A DNA stretch of 64,000 nucleotides from an uncultured Nitrososphaerales archaeon (GTDB taxonomy: Archaea > Thermoproteota > Nitrososphaeria > Nitrososphaerales > Nitrososphaeraceae): contig CAVQMO010000010.1 of the NCBI GenBank assembly GCA_963713605.1, positions 640,001-704,000 on the forward strand. Reading direction: 5' to 3'. Position 1 is the first letter of the stretch. Each line of letters starts with the position of its first letter. Positions 44,452-56,472 of the stretch are shown here, piece after piece. The notes under the pieces are model-generated. The model saw only the letters and a program-made list of their open reading frames with translations, made no database searches and was not told where the DNA came from. Both the position numbers and the translations under genes were made by a program.

Positions 44452-45709
44452 ATGAACAATAAAACTAGAATCAAAGAGCGTATAGAAGAAGCTAACAGTA
44501 AGGCCCTCGAACGGATGCGTTTATCCAGGCCCACTCTTGTCGATATTAAATATGCAAGGGATATTCTGCCTCAAATGAAGAAGAATTCAATTTTTCATGC
44601 AGGTCCTCCCATTGATTGGGAAAGGATGTGTGGCCCATTGCGCGGAGCAATCGTTGGGACTATGATCTTTGAGGGATTAGCGACGACTTGGAATGATGCT
44701 GTAAAATTGATAAGGCAGGGCGACATCGAATTCTCCTCTAATCACGATCATGATGCAGTAGGTCCTATGGCAGGGGTAATCTCGCCATCGTTGCCTATTC
44801 TTGTTGTTAAAGATCAAAGTAATGGCAAGACCTGTTTTGCCCGATTCGTAGAAAACAGAGTGCAATTTGGACTTTTCGATAAGGAGTCAGTTGATGTTCT
44901 TAGATTTTGGTCTGAAAAACTATCCCCCTTATTGGGCAAAGCTATTCGTAAGAGTAGGGGAATCGATCTTAAACCGATAATGGCTAAAGCATTGCACATG
45001 GGAGACGAACTGCATAATAGGCCAGCCTGCAGGCACGTTACTATTTGAAAGTACCATATTACCTCATCTATTGGTAGTCTGTAGTCTAGATGAAGTAGGA
45101 GAGATTACAAGATATCTTTCAGAAAATGATATTTTTTTCCTGTGCGTGAGTATGGCTGCATGCAAAGCAATCACAAAAGCCGCTCATGGCATCCAATATA
45201 GTACGTTAGTAACAGTTATGGCAAGAAATGGAACTAACTTTGGAATAAAGGTGAGTGGTTTAGGGAATGACTGGTTTGTCGGAGAGGCAAACATGATTAA
45301 GGGATTGTATTTTCCGGGTTATGGCCCTGAAGATGCTAATCCTGATATTGGTGATAGTGCCATTACAGAGACTGCTGGTATTGGAGCATTCGCTCTGGCA
45401 GGATCTCCTGCAATATTGGCGCTCATTGGTGGATCTGCCGAAGATGCTATAAAGTACACATATGAGATGCGCAAAATTACGAATTCACTTAATGAAACAT
45501 TTACCTTGCCAATCATTAATTTTCAAGGTACTGCAACTGGTATTGATATCCGAAAAGTGATGAGAACCGGGATAACTCCTGTTATCGATACGGCTATAGC
45601 ACATAAACAAGCAGGAGGGGGCTACATTGGAGCAGGTCTAGTACGGGCACCTTTGGAGCCCTTCAAAAATGCTTTACACGCTTATGGTAAAAGATATAAA
45701 TTGGTTTGA
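44452..45709 (+). CDS. DUF1116 (YlbE/AllG/YahG-like) protein (indels near 45030-45070)
   Basis: HAGPPI.W..MCGPLRGA, AVGPMAG, ALHMGDELHNR, MARNGT.FGI, DIGDSAITETAG and GITPVIDTAIAHK. Confidence 0.9.
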
Positions 45710-46215
45710 ATGCGCCGATGTCCATTTCTAAGAAATAATGCAAATTGTTCATGGCAACAAAGTTCTTGTGTTAGCAGTTTGTCAACCGAAACCGTATGAT
45801 AATGTACAAAATACGATACGAGTAGCGTCGTATAATATTTGTTAACAAGGGAGGAAGAGGCTATGGATTACTTCAAAACCAAATCAAGTTCCTTAATTAA
45901 TCAAATGCCAATTTGTCGTACTGTTTGATCCTAACCTCACACGATGGAAGGGTGGTTTTAGCAATTTCAAAGGACAACGAAGTTAGTGTTGTATCTCTTG
46001 CGCTTTCTAGCTATCTTCCAATTTATATTATGTCTGAGAAATCGAAATTCGAGGAATGCGTTTGTTCAGGGTGTTTGAAAGGCTCATGTCAGGAAACCAC
46101 CAAATAGATCCTACTGATATTCTCTGCATATACGGACTCGAAAGTTGCAATTTCCGTTAATAGTTGATTTCCCTTTTTTGAGTGTACAGGAATAGAATCC
46201 GCTGTAGCCAATCAA

Positions 46216-46434
46216 TCACTCCTTTTCAAAGCCCTCTTTATGGATCCAATAGTATGATATCCTGTCAGCACCAATCCAATATGTTTCGGTACTGGCGTCC
46301 ACAACTATCTCTTTAGTAGCATTTTCAAACTTCACATTATGCTTGTGTAGTTCAATCTTTTCACCGGTATCTAATCTAATCATTACCTCACCGTTTTTAT
46401 CCACGCTGGCTTTCAAAGCTTCGAAATTTGCCAT
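46216..46434 (-). CDS. Small hypothetical protein
   Basis: 72 aa, beta-rich (GEVMIRLDTGEKIELH, ETYWI, YYWIH). Confidence 0.7.
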   Translation of the reverse strand: MANFEALKASVDKNGEVMIRLDTGEKIELHKHNVKFENATKEIVVDASTETYWIGADRISYYWIHKEGFEKE

Positions 46435-46754
46435 ACTCTATTTCACGGTCAGTACCTATTAACCTTTGAATTGATTGACTTCAATCCATTAGAATCGGAA
46501 GCGACCCTTGCACAAGAAGTTAATGGGGATTGGGCTAGTAGGGTGACTCCTTCATGTTTGGGTTCTGGATGAGCCACAGAAAATATCACATGGGGAATGT
46601 CAGTCTAAAGATAAATCAGTGTCAATAGTTACACTTATGGGTGTATCCATGAATAAGATACCGATATATGACATTTATACGTATAATTCCCATAGTACAT
46701 TCGTCAGTGAAATACGTTCTTGACTCTTATATACACTAATCTATGTGAATAAGC

Positions 46755-48502
46755 GTGCTTAAAAGAAATTCTGTACAATCGTATATTCTAATAGCTATAG
46801 CACTTGGAGCAATAACACTCCACATAGTGCCAACGACTCAGGTATTCGCAAATTCTTCTGATTCAACAGAAGCAGCCGCAGCTGCCGCAGCAGCAGGTGA
46901 AGCAGCTGCAGCAGCTGCAGCGCAGCTGGTGGATCTGCAGCGCCGCGAGCAGCAGCTGGTGATGCAACGCAGCAGCAGCGGCAGCAGCTTCAAAGTATGG
47001 CTCGGCAGCCTCAGCAGCGGCAGCTGGACATGCAGCGCAGCAGCGGCAGCTGCGAGCAGGTGGATCAGCCAGCAGCGCAGCAGCAGCAGGTAGCGCAGCA
47101 GCCGCAGCAGCAGCAGGCGGATCAGCCGCAGCAGCAGCAGCGAGCAGGCAGTGCAGCAGCAGCAGCAGCGGCCGCAGGCAAATACGGCTCAGCCGCAGCC
47201 GCAGCAGCCGGCAGCGAGCAAGCGGTAGCGGTGCTTCAGCAGCCGCAGCGACGAGCAGCCGGCAAGGGAGCAGGCAGCAGCAGTAGGAGCAGCAGCGGGC
47301 TATTCCGCAGCTGCTGCTGCCGCCGCATCCTCTTCGGGACACCACGGATTAGCAGCAGGCAGCAGCTGGAGCCGCGTCAGGTGGAGGAGCAGCAGCAGCC
47401 GGAGCAGCAGCAGGCGGATCAGCCGGAGCGAGCAGCAGGAGCAGGCAGTGCGAGCAGCGAGCAGCAGCAGCTTCAGGAGGAGGTTCTGCAGCAGCAGGAG
47501 CAGCAGCAGGTAAGGGAGCAGCCAGCAGCGAGCAGCCACGCGGCAGGCGGATCAGCCGGCAGCAGGCAGCAGCAGCCGGTGGTGGAGCAGGAGCAGCAGC
47601 TCGCATCAGGTGGTTCTGCGGCAGCAGCGCAGCAGCCGGTCGGTGGAGCAGCAGGCAGCAGCGCAGCTTCAAGCGGAAATGGTGGTGCAGCGCAGCCCGC
47701 AGCCGCCTCAGGTGGCGACAATGGCTACAAGAACTATGGCAAAGACAAAGACAGTTCTTCAGCAGCTGCAGCTGCAGCAGCATCCGAAGATTCAGGACGC
47801 AGCAGCCGCAGCAGCAGGTGATGCAGCAGCAGCAGCAGCATCAGCAGCAGGTGGTTCTGCAGCAGCCGCAGCCGCGAGCAGGCGATGGAGCTGCAGCCGG
47901 GGCAGCGCGAGCCGGCGGAAACGGCGGATCTGCAGCGCAGCGCAGCCGCCTCAGGTGGCGACAATGGCTACAAGAACTATGGCAAAGACAAAGACAGTTC
48001 TTCAGCAGCCAGCCGCAGCGCAGCAGGAGCATCCGAGGATTCAGCAGCCGCAGCAGCCGGAGCATCCGAAGATTCAGCAGCGCACAGCGGCAGCAGCAGG
48101 CGCATCCGAAGATTCAGCAGCGCAGCAGCAGCAGCATCCGAAGATTCAGCAGCCGCAGCCGCAGCAGCAGGTGATGCAGGAGCAGCAGCAGCAGCTGCAG
48201 CAGGAGCCAGCGACGATCATGGTAAGAAGAGGTCTGGAGATGACAGCTCTTCAGCAACCGCAGCAGCGCAGCAGGAGATGACGCAGCAGCAGCAGCCGCA
48301 GCAGCTAGTGATGACAAAGATGAGAAGAAGAAGGGTGACCACAATGACGGAAAAGGATCTAAGGATGAATCTAGCAACAGATCTAATGATGGCGGTGAAG
48401 CGAATGATGGCGATAGCGAAGAAAGCAGTGGCGGCGAGGGGAGAAAGCAGTGGCGTCGAAGAAAGCAGTAGTAGTAGCAGCAGCAACAGCGACGACGAAT
48501 AA
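46755..48502 (+). CDS. Second secreted poly-Ala/Gly/Ser repeat protein with charged tail; one gene broken by indels
   Basis: Signal peptide homologous to that at 25931, A(5-8)G blocks, D/E/K/S-rich C-terminus; stop at 48502 followed by a T-tract. Confidence 0.7.
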
Positions 48503-48809
48503 GACAATCTAAGAGGACTCGTAGTCCAATCCTTTTTTTTACCTAATTATTATCCACTTTTTAAAACCGTTGGTTAATTGAGACGATTACTGAGTGACTG
48601 GCCTTTCTAACAAACTATTCAACATCGAATTAAGCTGAGATAGCAATTCATAATCTCCTGTTCAAGGAGAATATAACTGGTACGTGTATGAAATCTTATA
48701 CAAGTTCAATAATGCATGTTATTAGAGCTGATTCTGGAGAACGCATACTTGAAGAACCATACGTTTATGAACAACTCAACAATCAAATCCTATTCGGGGA
48801 ATAATATTC

Positions 48810-49977
48810 ATGAAGTTAGTTAAATGTAACACCTTGTTTGACGGGACCGAAGAAAAAAATGATTGCTACGTAGGATTTGAAGGTGATCAGATAAAATATG
48901 TCGGAAAGGATAAAACCCCAAAGCTAGAAGGGACCACTGAAAATAGCAATGAAATTATCGCAGAAGGAAACACGTATGCAATTACTCCTGGATTCGTTGA
49001 TGCACACAGTCACATAGGATTAGTCAGGTCTGGCGAACCGGATAGAGAAGAAGAGGCAAATGAGCGTTTCAACCCTATTTATCCGTTAGTAAATGCCTTA
49101 CACAGTATCTATATGGACGATCAATCCTTCACTGAATCAGTTGAAGGTGGAGTACTTTATTCGACTGTCTTACCAGGAAGTGGAAACATTATTGGCGGAA
49201 AAGCGGTTCTAATACGCAACTTCGCCAAAGACATTGGTGAAGCTTACATGACTGACGTTGGAATAAAGATGGCGTTAGGGTATAATCCCCGTAGCACAAC
49301 AGAATGGAAGGGCGATAGACCATCAACACGAATGGGAGCAATCGCGATGCTCCGCGAAAATTTGTTAAAGGCAAGAAAAATGCAACATCTGCTACAGGTG
49401 GAAAAAAAGGTTACTGACGAAGTAGAACCACTAACTGAGGTGTTCATGGATATACTTTCAAATAAATACAAACTGATGGTGCACCTTCACAAAGAAGATG
49501 ACGCAATGGTACTGATGCAACTAGTTAAGGAGTTTGGAATAAAGGCGATTGCAAATCATTGCGCTGATGTTCACAGGGAAGAAGTTTTCGCGGCATTGAA
49601 AGCCGACTTCAATACCTGTAGTTTATGGACCGCTGGACTCCTTTCCATACAAAGTAGAACTCAAACATGAAAGTTGGAGGAATGTAGAAAAACTAGTAGC
49701 GTCAAAGGCGAAATTCTCATTTATGAGCGACCACCCTGTAATTCTGCAAAGAAATCTTTTCTATACTTTAAGACATCTTCTCAGATTCGGTATGTCAAAA
49801 GCCAATGCTATATCTAAAATTAGTAAAGAAGCGGCCGAAATTATCGAAGTAAACGATATCGGTCAGGTAAAGGCAGGGTATAAGGCCTCATTTGTGGTTT
49901 GGAATGGTGATCCGTTCTCTTTGTCAAGTTACCCTGTGTTAGTAATCGCGGAAGGAACAACTGTGTACCAAGAATAA
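48810..49977 (+). CDS. Metal-dependent amidohydrolase (indel near 49605)
   Basis: TPGFVDAHSHIG, LPGSGNIIGG, KMALGYNP, STRMG, SDHPV and GYKASFVVWNGDP. Confidence 0.88.
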
Positions 49978-50076
49978 ATTACAGTTTCGCTGGTCAAAAT
50001 GACTTTTACCAAGATTTCTAAGCGGGCAAATCAATATGGTTAATGGATATCGGATGGATCATGTTGATAGAATGCG

Positions 50077-51213
50077 TTATTTAATAGGTTGAAGAGGGGC
50101 ATTAAGATTCAAATATTGCCCGTCCCTATATACGGTGAACATAATATTTTCCCCAATAGTTTTATTTTCCTGAACATAGGAGAGCAACCCTTCAATATCT
50201 ACAATACTATTACCATCCAAGGCTGTTATTACATCGCCACTCTGTCGTTGTCCATATTTGTCTGTGGTTGCAGCATCTATTCCAGCGATATCTGCAGTAC
50301 CTCCACGTACAACGGTGTCTACTAGAACTCCTTCCAAATCATCTGGGATATCATTAAACTGCTTTGCTAGATCTACAGTAAGGGTAGAGCCTACTATGCC
50401 AATTGCAGGATGTATGTATAATCCGTCTTGAATCAATCCAGTGGCAACTCTGCTGATTGTATTCGACGGAATAGCCACGCTCAATCCAGGAAATTGTGTG
50501 CCCGACGCAGGGGCAGTGGGATTTAACCTACCATATATCATTCCCACTACTTCCCCGTCCATGTTTATCAGAGGACCACCAGAATTCCCTGGGTTTACAG
50601 CTACATCAGTTTCAATTGTATTGGGCACTGAATAGCCGAGAAAAGGGAAATATAACAAATAGTCGGTTTGACCAATAATTCCTGCAGTCATGGCTATTTT
50701 TGAGGCAAAAGGATAGCCTATAGTTACAACTCGATCACCAATCTTAAGCAAAGAGGAATTACCAAGCGTTACTGGTCCAGAGGATCGAACACTCTTGGAA
50801 ACAATCGTATTATTGTTATCTATTATCTCTAACACCGCAGTATCTGTAAATGCGTCTCTTCCTACTACGTTGGCGTCATACCTGTCACCATCTTTGAAAA
50901 CGACGCTAACGTTATTCGCTCCAGCCAAAACGTGATTGGCAGTGACAATATGCCCTACGTCATCATAAATGAATCCCGCACCCACTTCGGTTGTATTCTG
51001 GGCTTGAGGATTTATGCTGAATAATGGGGGGGTTATGCTCACAATCTGCACTATTGAATCGCTCGCATTATCGAATATGGTTGAAAGGTCATCTGCCGTG
51101 GGTTCAACTGCGAACCCAGGGCTTGAACTAACGATTGTACCAACTGAAAATATGTAAAGCGAAATAAGGACCATGACTGCAAATCTTAATAGCATAAGCT
51201 TTGCAATATTCAT
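50077..51213 (-). CDS. Secreted HtrA/DegP-like trypsin protease with PDZ domain
   Basis: VTANHV, DTAVL and AVNPGNSGGPL catalytic triad; C-terminal GDVITALDG. Confidence 0.92.
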   Translation of the reverse strand: MNIAKLMLLRFAVMVLISLYIFSVGTIVSSSPGFAVEPTADDLSTIFDNASDSIVQIVSITPPLFSINPQAQNTTEVGAGFIYDDVGHIVTANHVLAGANNVSVVFKDGDRYDANVVGRDAFTDTAVLEIIDNNNTIVSKSVRSSGPVTLGNSSLLKIGDRVVTIGYPFASKIAMTAGIIGQTDYLLYFPFLGYSVPNTIETDVAVNPGNSGGPLINMDGEVVGMIYGRLNPTAPASGTQFPGLSVAIPSNTISRVATGLIQDGLYIHPAIGIVGSTLTVDLAKQFNDIPDDLEGVLVDTVVRGGTADIAGIDAATTDKYGQRQSGDVITALDGNSIVDIEGLLSYVQENKTIGENIMFTVYRDGQYLNLNAPLQPIK

Positions 51214-51655
51214 ACATGCATTTATCTTTTAGTTGATTAACATAGGTCTACATTGTCATACACATCAGGTTTGACTTACAATTTATAATATTGGTTCTTG
51301 TCTTTTTCGACAGAAAGCTGATGACAAAAGCTTAACAGGATCATTATATTCAGTGGATTCTTGTGGTATTCACTTTCTCCACGAATGTTATGACCAGTAG
51401 ATGCTCTCAGGAGTTAATAGCGGGTAGGAGGCTACAAGCCTGCACTCCTCCCAAATCAATTTGCTTTGACGACAATCATTGGTTCTGCCGTTGATAAACC
51501 ATGAATTAATACCGGTTCTGTTTCAGATGTTGTCGCTATTTCATCTTTACCGTTAATTCTTATACATATTACAGGTTAATGCCATAAGTGGATAGTATAT
51601 AATGGAAGTAGCATTTATATGACTACTATGTTACATCCTTATTGGTAACGATTAA

Positions 51656-52252
51656 ATGAAAACAATAGATTCTTCTGTTGATAAGGATACAGTGAAATCA
51701 CCTAGCTGGTTGCGGATGGCCCAAATTGGTTTGGGGGCTATCGCAGTTATACTATCGATAGCAATTATGGCAAATCCAGGTTTAACAGCCGTCTTGGTGG
51801 TGTTTACGGCTTCAATTCTTCTATTAATAGTAGGGATTGAAAGAGTTATTACTGGTTTATTTGTTCAAAGGAAAAACAGGTCTCGACTTGTTACTGTTGG
51901 ATTAGGAATATTAGTTATACTAATAGCAGCAGCAGCTTTGGCGTTCCCTATAGGAGCGACAGTATTGGTAACGCTAGTATTGGCAGTCGCATTACTATTT
52001 GATGGGATCTCAAGGATTGTACATGGTATTGGAGACAAAGAAAGTCAAAGATGGACTAAAGCACTTAGTATTGGTGTAGGCGGGATGGAAGTTGTATTAT
52101 CTGGACTAATAATGGTTTCTCCTGCATTTGGTGCAGCCACCATAGGTTTTCTAATAGGAATAGCACTTCTTCTGGCTGGAATACAAATTGTTGTAGCAGG
52201 AATATCAGGAAGAAGGAAACAAATGAAAATATTAGGAACGAGAAATGATTGA
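51656..52252 (+). CDS. DUF308/HdeD-family membrane protein
   Basis: Six TM segments in repeated helical hairpins. Confidence 0.8.
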   Translation: MKTIDSSVDKDTVKSPSWLRMAQIGLGAIAVILSIAIMANPGLTAVLVVFTASILLLIVGIERVITGLFVQRKNRSRLVTVGLGILVILIAAAALAFPIGATVLVTLVLAVALLFDGISRIVHGIGDKESQRWTKALSIGVGGMEVVLSGLIMVSPAFGAATIGFLIGIALLLAGIQIVVAGISGRRKQMKILGTRND

Positions 52253-52516
52253 GAGCGGTGAAAAGCTGAGCTCAGCTCAACTAGTTACTTCATATTTTTT
52301 GTCGAAGTTTATTAGTAATTGGAAACATGATTTATTGTACAAGGATATAGTATGCGATCTAGATATTCCCAGTTGAAGGAACATTAATCATTGAAGCGAG
52401 AATCCAAGGAACTCGAGAAAAGAATGAAATACGCTTAATTTTTACTTTGTAAAATCCCCTCAGCTCAGAAATATCTCAAGCGCGTTTATATCTCTTTAAC
52501 ATAAAAACACTCATCT

Positions 52517-52620
52517 ATGGTTTCAGATTCCTAGTCAGGTGGAATTATATGTCCAAATTGTGGTAAGGATGTTGGTGATGTTAAGGTGCTACGAATCCAC
52601 AGATATGTGATCTCTTTAGT
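52517..52620 (+). pseudogene. Degraded small C2H2/CPxCG zinc-finger protein
   Basis: MVSDS*SGGIICPNCGKDVGDVKVLRIH; early in-frame TAG. Confidence 0.3.
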
Positions 52621-53110
52621 CCGGATCAAGCCAGAGAATTAAGCAGGGTAAGAGGGCCAAATACGTTAGTGCTACATGATAAGGATCTTGCTACTGAATT
52701 TGGAACAAGGAGTAGTAGAGTATAGTCATGGTCTTCAATAGTCAAGATTCTAACGACTCAGCAACAGAAAGAGAACCATATATCTGCAGAAATGTTCAGA
52801 AAGAACGAATAGGATTTTATGATTCTGTCTGCTTTTCTTCATCTACAAAATATTAATCTGGATAAAGAAAGAATGACGATAGAAGAAGTATAGCAGTTGA
52901 TAAAATAGGCACAGTGATACTAATAAACTGAAACATGAGATAGCTTCCAAACAAGCTTAGGACTCAATCTATTTATCATGCAATTCTAAACAGACCAGAA
53001 GATATTTGTCAAACTCTTGCTGAACTTGACAGGGCTTTGATTTTTGCTTAACAATAAAAAAAGCTTATCGGTTTTTTGGAGTCTGGAGAGCCTGGAAATT
53101 ATGTGGACAA

Positions 53111-53602
53111 TTATAGCCGCAGCTTTTGAATTTCAGCAATTAAAGCTGGATGATCACACTCTACTTCTGTCGTTATGTATAAAAGATGATCATTACCTAG
53201 CGGAAGAGTAAGGCGTTTTACCTTTTCATATTCTGCTAATATGTACTTACCCTTCCCGATTTTTGGTGCGAGTTCTTCTCGGGTTTTCCATCCGTTGACT
53301 GCTAATTCTAGTGATTCTTTACTTTCTTTGGATGTGAGCAGATTTTTTACTCCCTCACGATGGCCGGAGTACATCATTTCGCCGTTTCGATCACAAATGG
53401 TGACAACTCTTACTTTTGGATCGAAGTTCATAATTGTTGCATGAATATGCTTATACTCTGTCCACTGATGATGTACAAACTGCTTGCTATGCCCCAGACG
53501 ACTGCATTGATCAGAACAATAATAATTTCCACAGCATGGACATTCTATGTCATAATCCTGTGATTTTTTACCACAGGTTACGCAGCTTTCACTCATATCC
53601 AT
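53111..53602 (-). CDS. Zn-finger plus roadblock/profilin-like thaumarchaeal domain protein
   Basis: CVTC..CPCC...YYCSDQC...H...H, then DPKVRVVTICD...IGKGKYILAEYEKVKRLTLPL. Confidence 0.7.
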   Translation of the reverse strand: MDMSESCVTCGKKSQDYDIECPCCGNYYCSDQCSRLGHSKQFVHHQWTEYKHIHATIMNFDPKVRVVTICDRNGEMMYSGHREGVKNLLTSKESKESLELAVNGWKTREELAPKIGKGKYILAEYEKVKRLTLPLGNDHLLYITTEVECDHPALIAEIQKLRL

Positions 53603-54422
53603 GACATATTTAATGAGGAAGAAAGATAAAAGATTAGTTACTCGAGGATTGTCAAATGTCCTCCTAGTCAAGGGTGCAGATACCAAAAGACACAAGATTG
53701 CGACTTGGAGGAGGATTCTCAACTTCTATTATTTTATAAGCAGTCTTACCTAGCTGGATTGCCCAAGTCTAACCTATTTTTACTCAATTTTCAGTGACCC
53801 TCTATCTGATCTTTGTGTGTGGTAAGCAGTATTACTTTCTCATGCATATTCCTCGAAGGCTGAGTAAACAACGTCTGGTTTTTCATTGCTACTTTCATTA
53901 AACCTACAATGATTTATTCCTGGATTTGTTCAATTAAGATATGATATGGTTACACCCTGAAGTTTCCTGAACTGAATATTCAGCATATATTGGAAATAAG
54001 CAGGCATAGTACATGCATTTAGTGAGCATTCAGCTTAGATTCATAGTTCTCTCATTAACTTTTTGTGCGGTATTAACGGTAGAGTTAACTATTTCCTCTT
54101 TTTAGCTTTTTTCTTTTTCTCCACTTCTGCTTGGTTTAGCAGAATTCCTATTTAGATTTAGTAATGTTTCATGCATGATATCAATGAACTAGAAAATAGG
54201 TTTGGGAATGACGACCACTCATCATTGGATTGTTGTTGATTGCCCTCGAAAAAATAGTTACAATGCGTCCACTACTGCTACGGTGACTGTACTCATCCTT
54301 TCAATGGCTAACATATCTAGCAAGCGACGACTCGTGCAGGTTTATTTCTATCCCTTTAACTTGATAGAGCCAGCCACTATCGGAAAAAATGTGTGTGTGT
54401 GTGCGCGTGTGCGTATTCTTAT

Positions 54423-54949
54423 TTACTGTCCCCTAGTAGCAAACTGTTGCTGAACCGCTGAATAGGATGTTGCCCATGCTCGTGCTATATTAGAGTTAAA
54501 TTCAGATGTAGCTTCGACGGTCCTGCTAAAGTTTTTCACATTTTCTCTTAATGCATTTAATGCATTGATTGTTAGCTGATTGTTGATGTCTGCAATTCTA
54601 ATGATGTTGTTTGTAAAATCATTTAATTGTTTTACAAAGCCTTGAACATAGGGTGCCGCTGTGTCTGAGACGACGACGTTATTGGGATTGCTGCTGTTGC
54701 TGTTTGCAAATTGCTTCTCAACTGAAGTTATTGTCTGAATGGCGTTCCTAACCGCTTCTATGTATTCTTGCTGCAGATTGGAGATTGCTTGTGCATATTG
54801 TGGTTGAACCTTTCCAGCTTCATTTACCAATCTAGTGAAGTTTTCGTTTGCTGCATTGACTATGTGAGTTACATTGACTGCTGCTGTCGTGCTGCTGTCG
54901 CTGCTGTTGCTGCTGTTGCTTTTGAAGTTTTATTTTCTGCTGTTGACAT
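54423..54949 (-). CDS. Gln/Asn/Ala-rich helical hypothetical protein, phasin-like (indel near 54890)
   Basis: QPQYAQAISNLQQEYIEA...; ATG at 54949 lies downstream of a TTTATATATA box. Confidence 0.6.
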
Positions 54950-55824
54950 ACCCATATATAGCACTCATCTATATATAAACATTGGTATAAAGTGGCAATA
55001 AATGCCACTAATCACCCATCAATGGTTAGTACGCAGTTAACCTGACTGACTGATGATACAAATCGAGTCTTCCTTCAAAGCGTTAGAATAGGACACCAGA
55101 TGAACTCATGTATTGTTCAGAATATGGCGTAAGGATTAGAAGGAACATTTTTCTGCCCAGAGCCGTATCAATGTAGGCATCGACATAGTTCATCCTGTCC
55201 TCAGCAGGGCTATACTGAGGAGACAGGTTGTTTTCTCTGGTATCACACCCAGAGCTTACTGTATTCACCCTAACCATGACTATAGATGATTCTCTGGCAT
55301 CTTCACAGAATTGTATCGACATCGTTTCATCGGGACTAATCACGCCTTCTTTAATGGCAGCCTGAAAAATAGTTCGATTGGAATTAGTAACCTCTATCTA
55401 GAGGAATATCTTTTAAATAGGTCATCAGTTGTGCTAGTAGACGCTGTCTAAGGGTTCGATAGCCAAAGTATGTATGGCTAGTATTAGCCGAATTGAACCT
55501 GACAGTTAATCAACACATGAAAACTCTCGTCATCGGGAGGCCTTCGAGGTAGCCAGACGCCGGTAACTTAAATTATTCTTAAGTTCTTAATCATTTCGTC
55601 ATGTCTAGGCCATTTCGAGGCATGTCACAGCCACAAATGAGTCGTTTACGGTATAGTCTAGCCTAGAATATCCTTTCCGTCAAGAATTTTTGCATTCGTG
55701 GTATAGAACTGAAGTAAATTTTGAAAGTGTTGTGGTCAGCCTTACTGGCAAAATGAGCCTAATCGCTCCTCCTTTCGTATAACTCAACCGTTATTAAAAT
55801 TTAGAATATCAACTCTAAAGGTAA

Positions 55825-55897
55825 TGGACTGGGCGGGAGTTGAACCCGCGACCTTTCGATTGCGAATCGAACATTACTACCACTGAACTACCAGCCC
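55825..55897 (-). tRNA. tRNA-Ala (anticodon CGC), intronless
   Basis: Reverse complement GGGCTGG...CCAGTCC-A with G3:U70; anticodon arm TTCGA-TTCGCAA-TCGAA; T-loop GGTTCAACTCC. Confidence 0.95.
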
Positions 55898-56472
55898 TCT
55901 CCAAAGTTCTTATTCTCCAACAGGTACTCGGAAAGATATAATTATTTACAATGACTAACCCCGGAGTGCGACCAAGCTCAGGTTCTGAACAACAAAAACT
56001 AAAACTCTACGACGAGGGTGAAAGTGTTGCGAATGTTCCCGCTTCGGTCCAGGGAATGTCGTATTTTATATACTTTGAATGACCAACCAACTTTTTATGA
56101 TCATCGACATCAGAAGTAAAAATAAAACATATACCGCATTCAGAGCAGAGCCATATCTTCTTTAAATCATCTGGTTTCAAATTTGTTGCGAATACTAGTA
56201 GTGAATGTATCGTATTTAACTAATCAACCATCAAGTTATATTCGTTTTTAGTTTGTACAATTTCTAGAATTAACTGCATACATTATATTCTATAATAACA
56301 CAATATAACATTATGACATATGTTCCTTGGTTCTTAATACGAACGAGCTGATAGGTAACAACATCGAAGGTCATCGGGGGTAATTTTCAACCGATAGGTA
56401 TGGGTACCTATCAGTTCGTTCTTCTAACAACAATCTTTTTAATGTCACAGTCCTGATCGAAATTGATATCCC

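Noticed and set aside
54389..54414. (TG)n/(CG) alternating tract
   Set aside because: Short microsatellite beside a T-tract terminator; no evidence of function.
55825..55897. Integrated element at tRNA-Ala
   Set aside because: No integrase or duplicated tRNA 3' end was found nearby.
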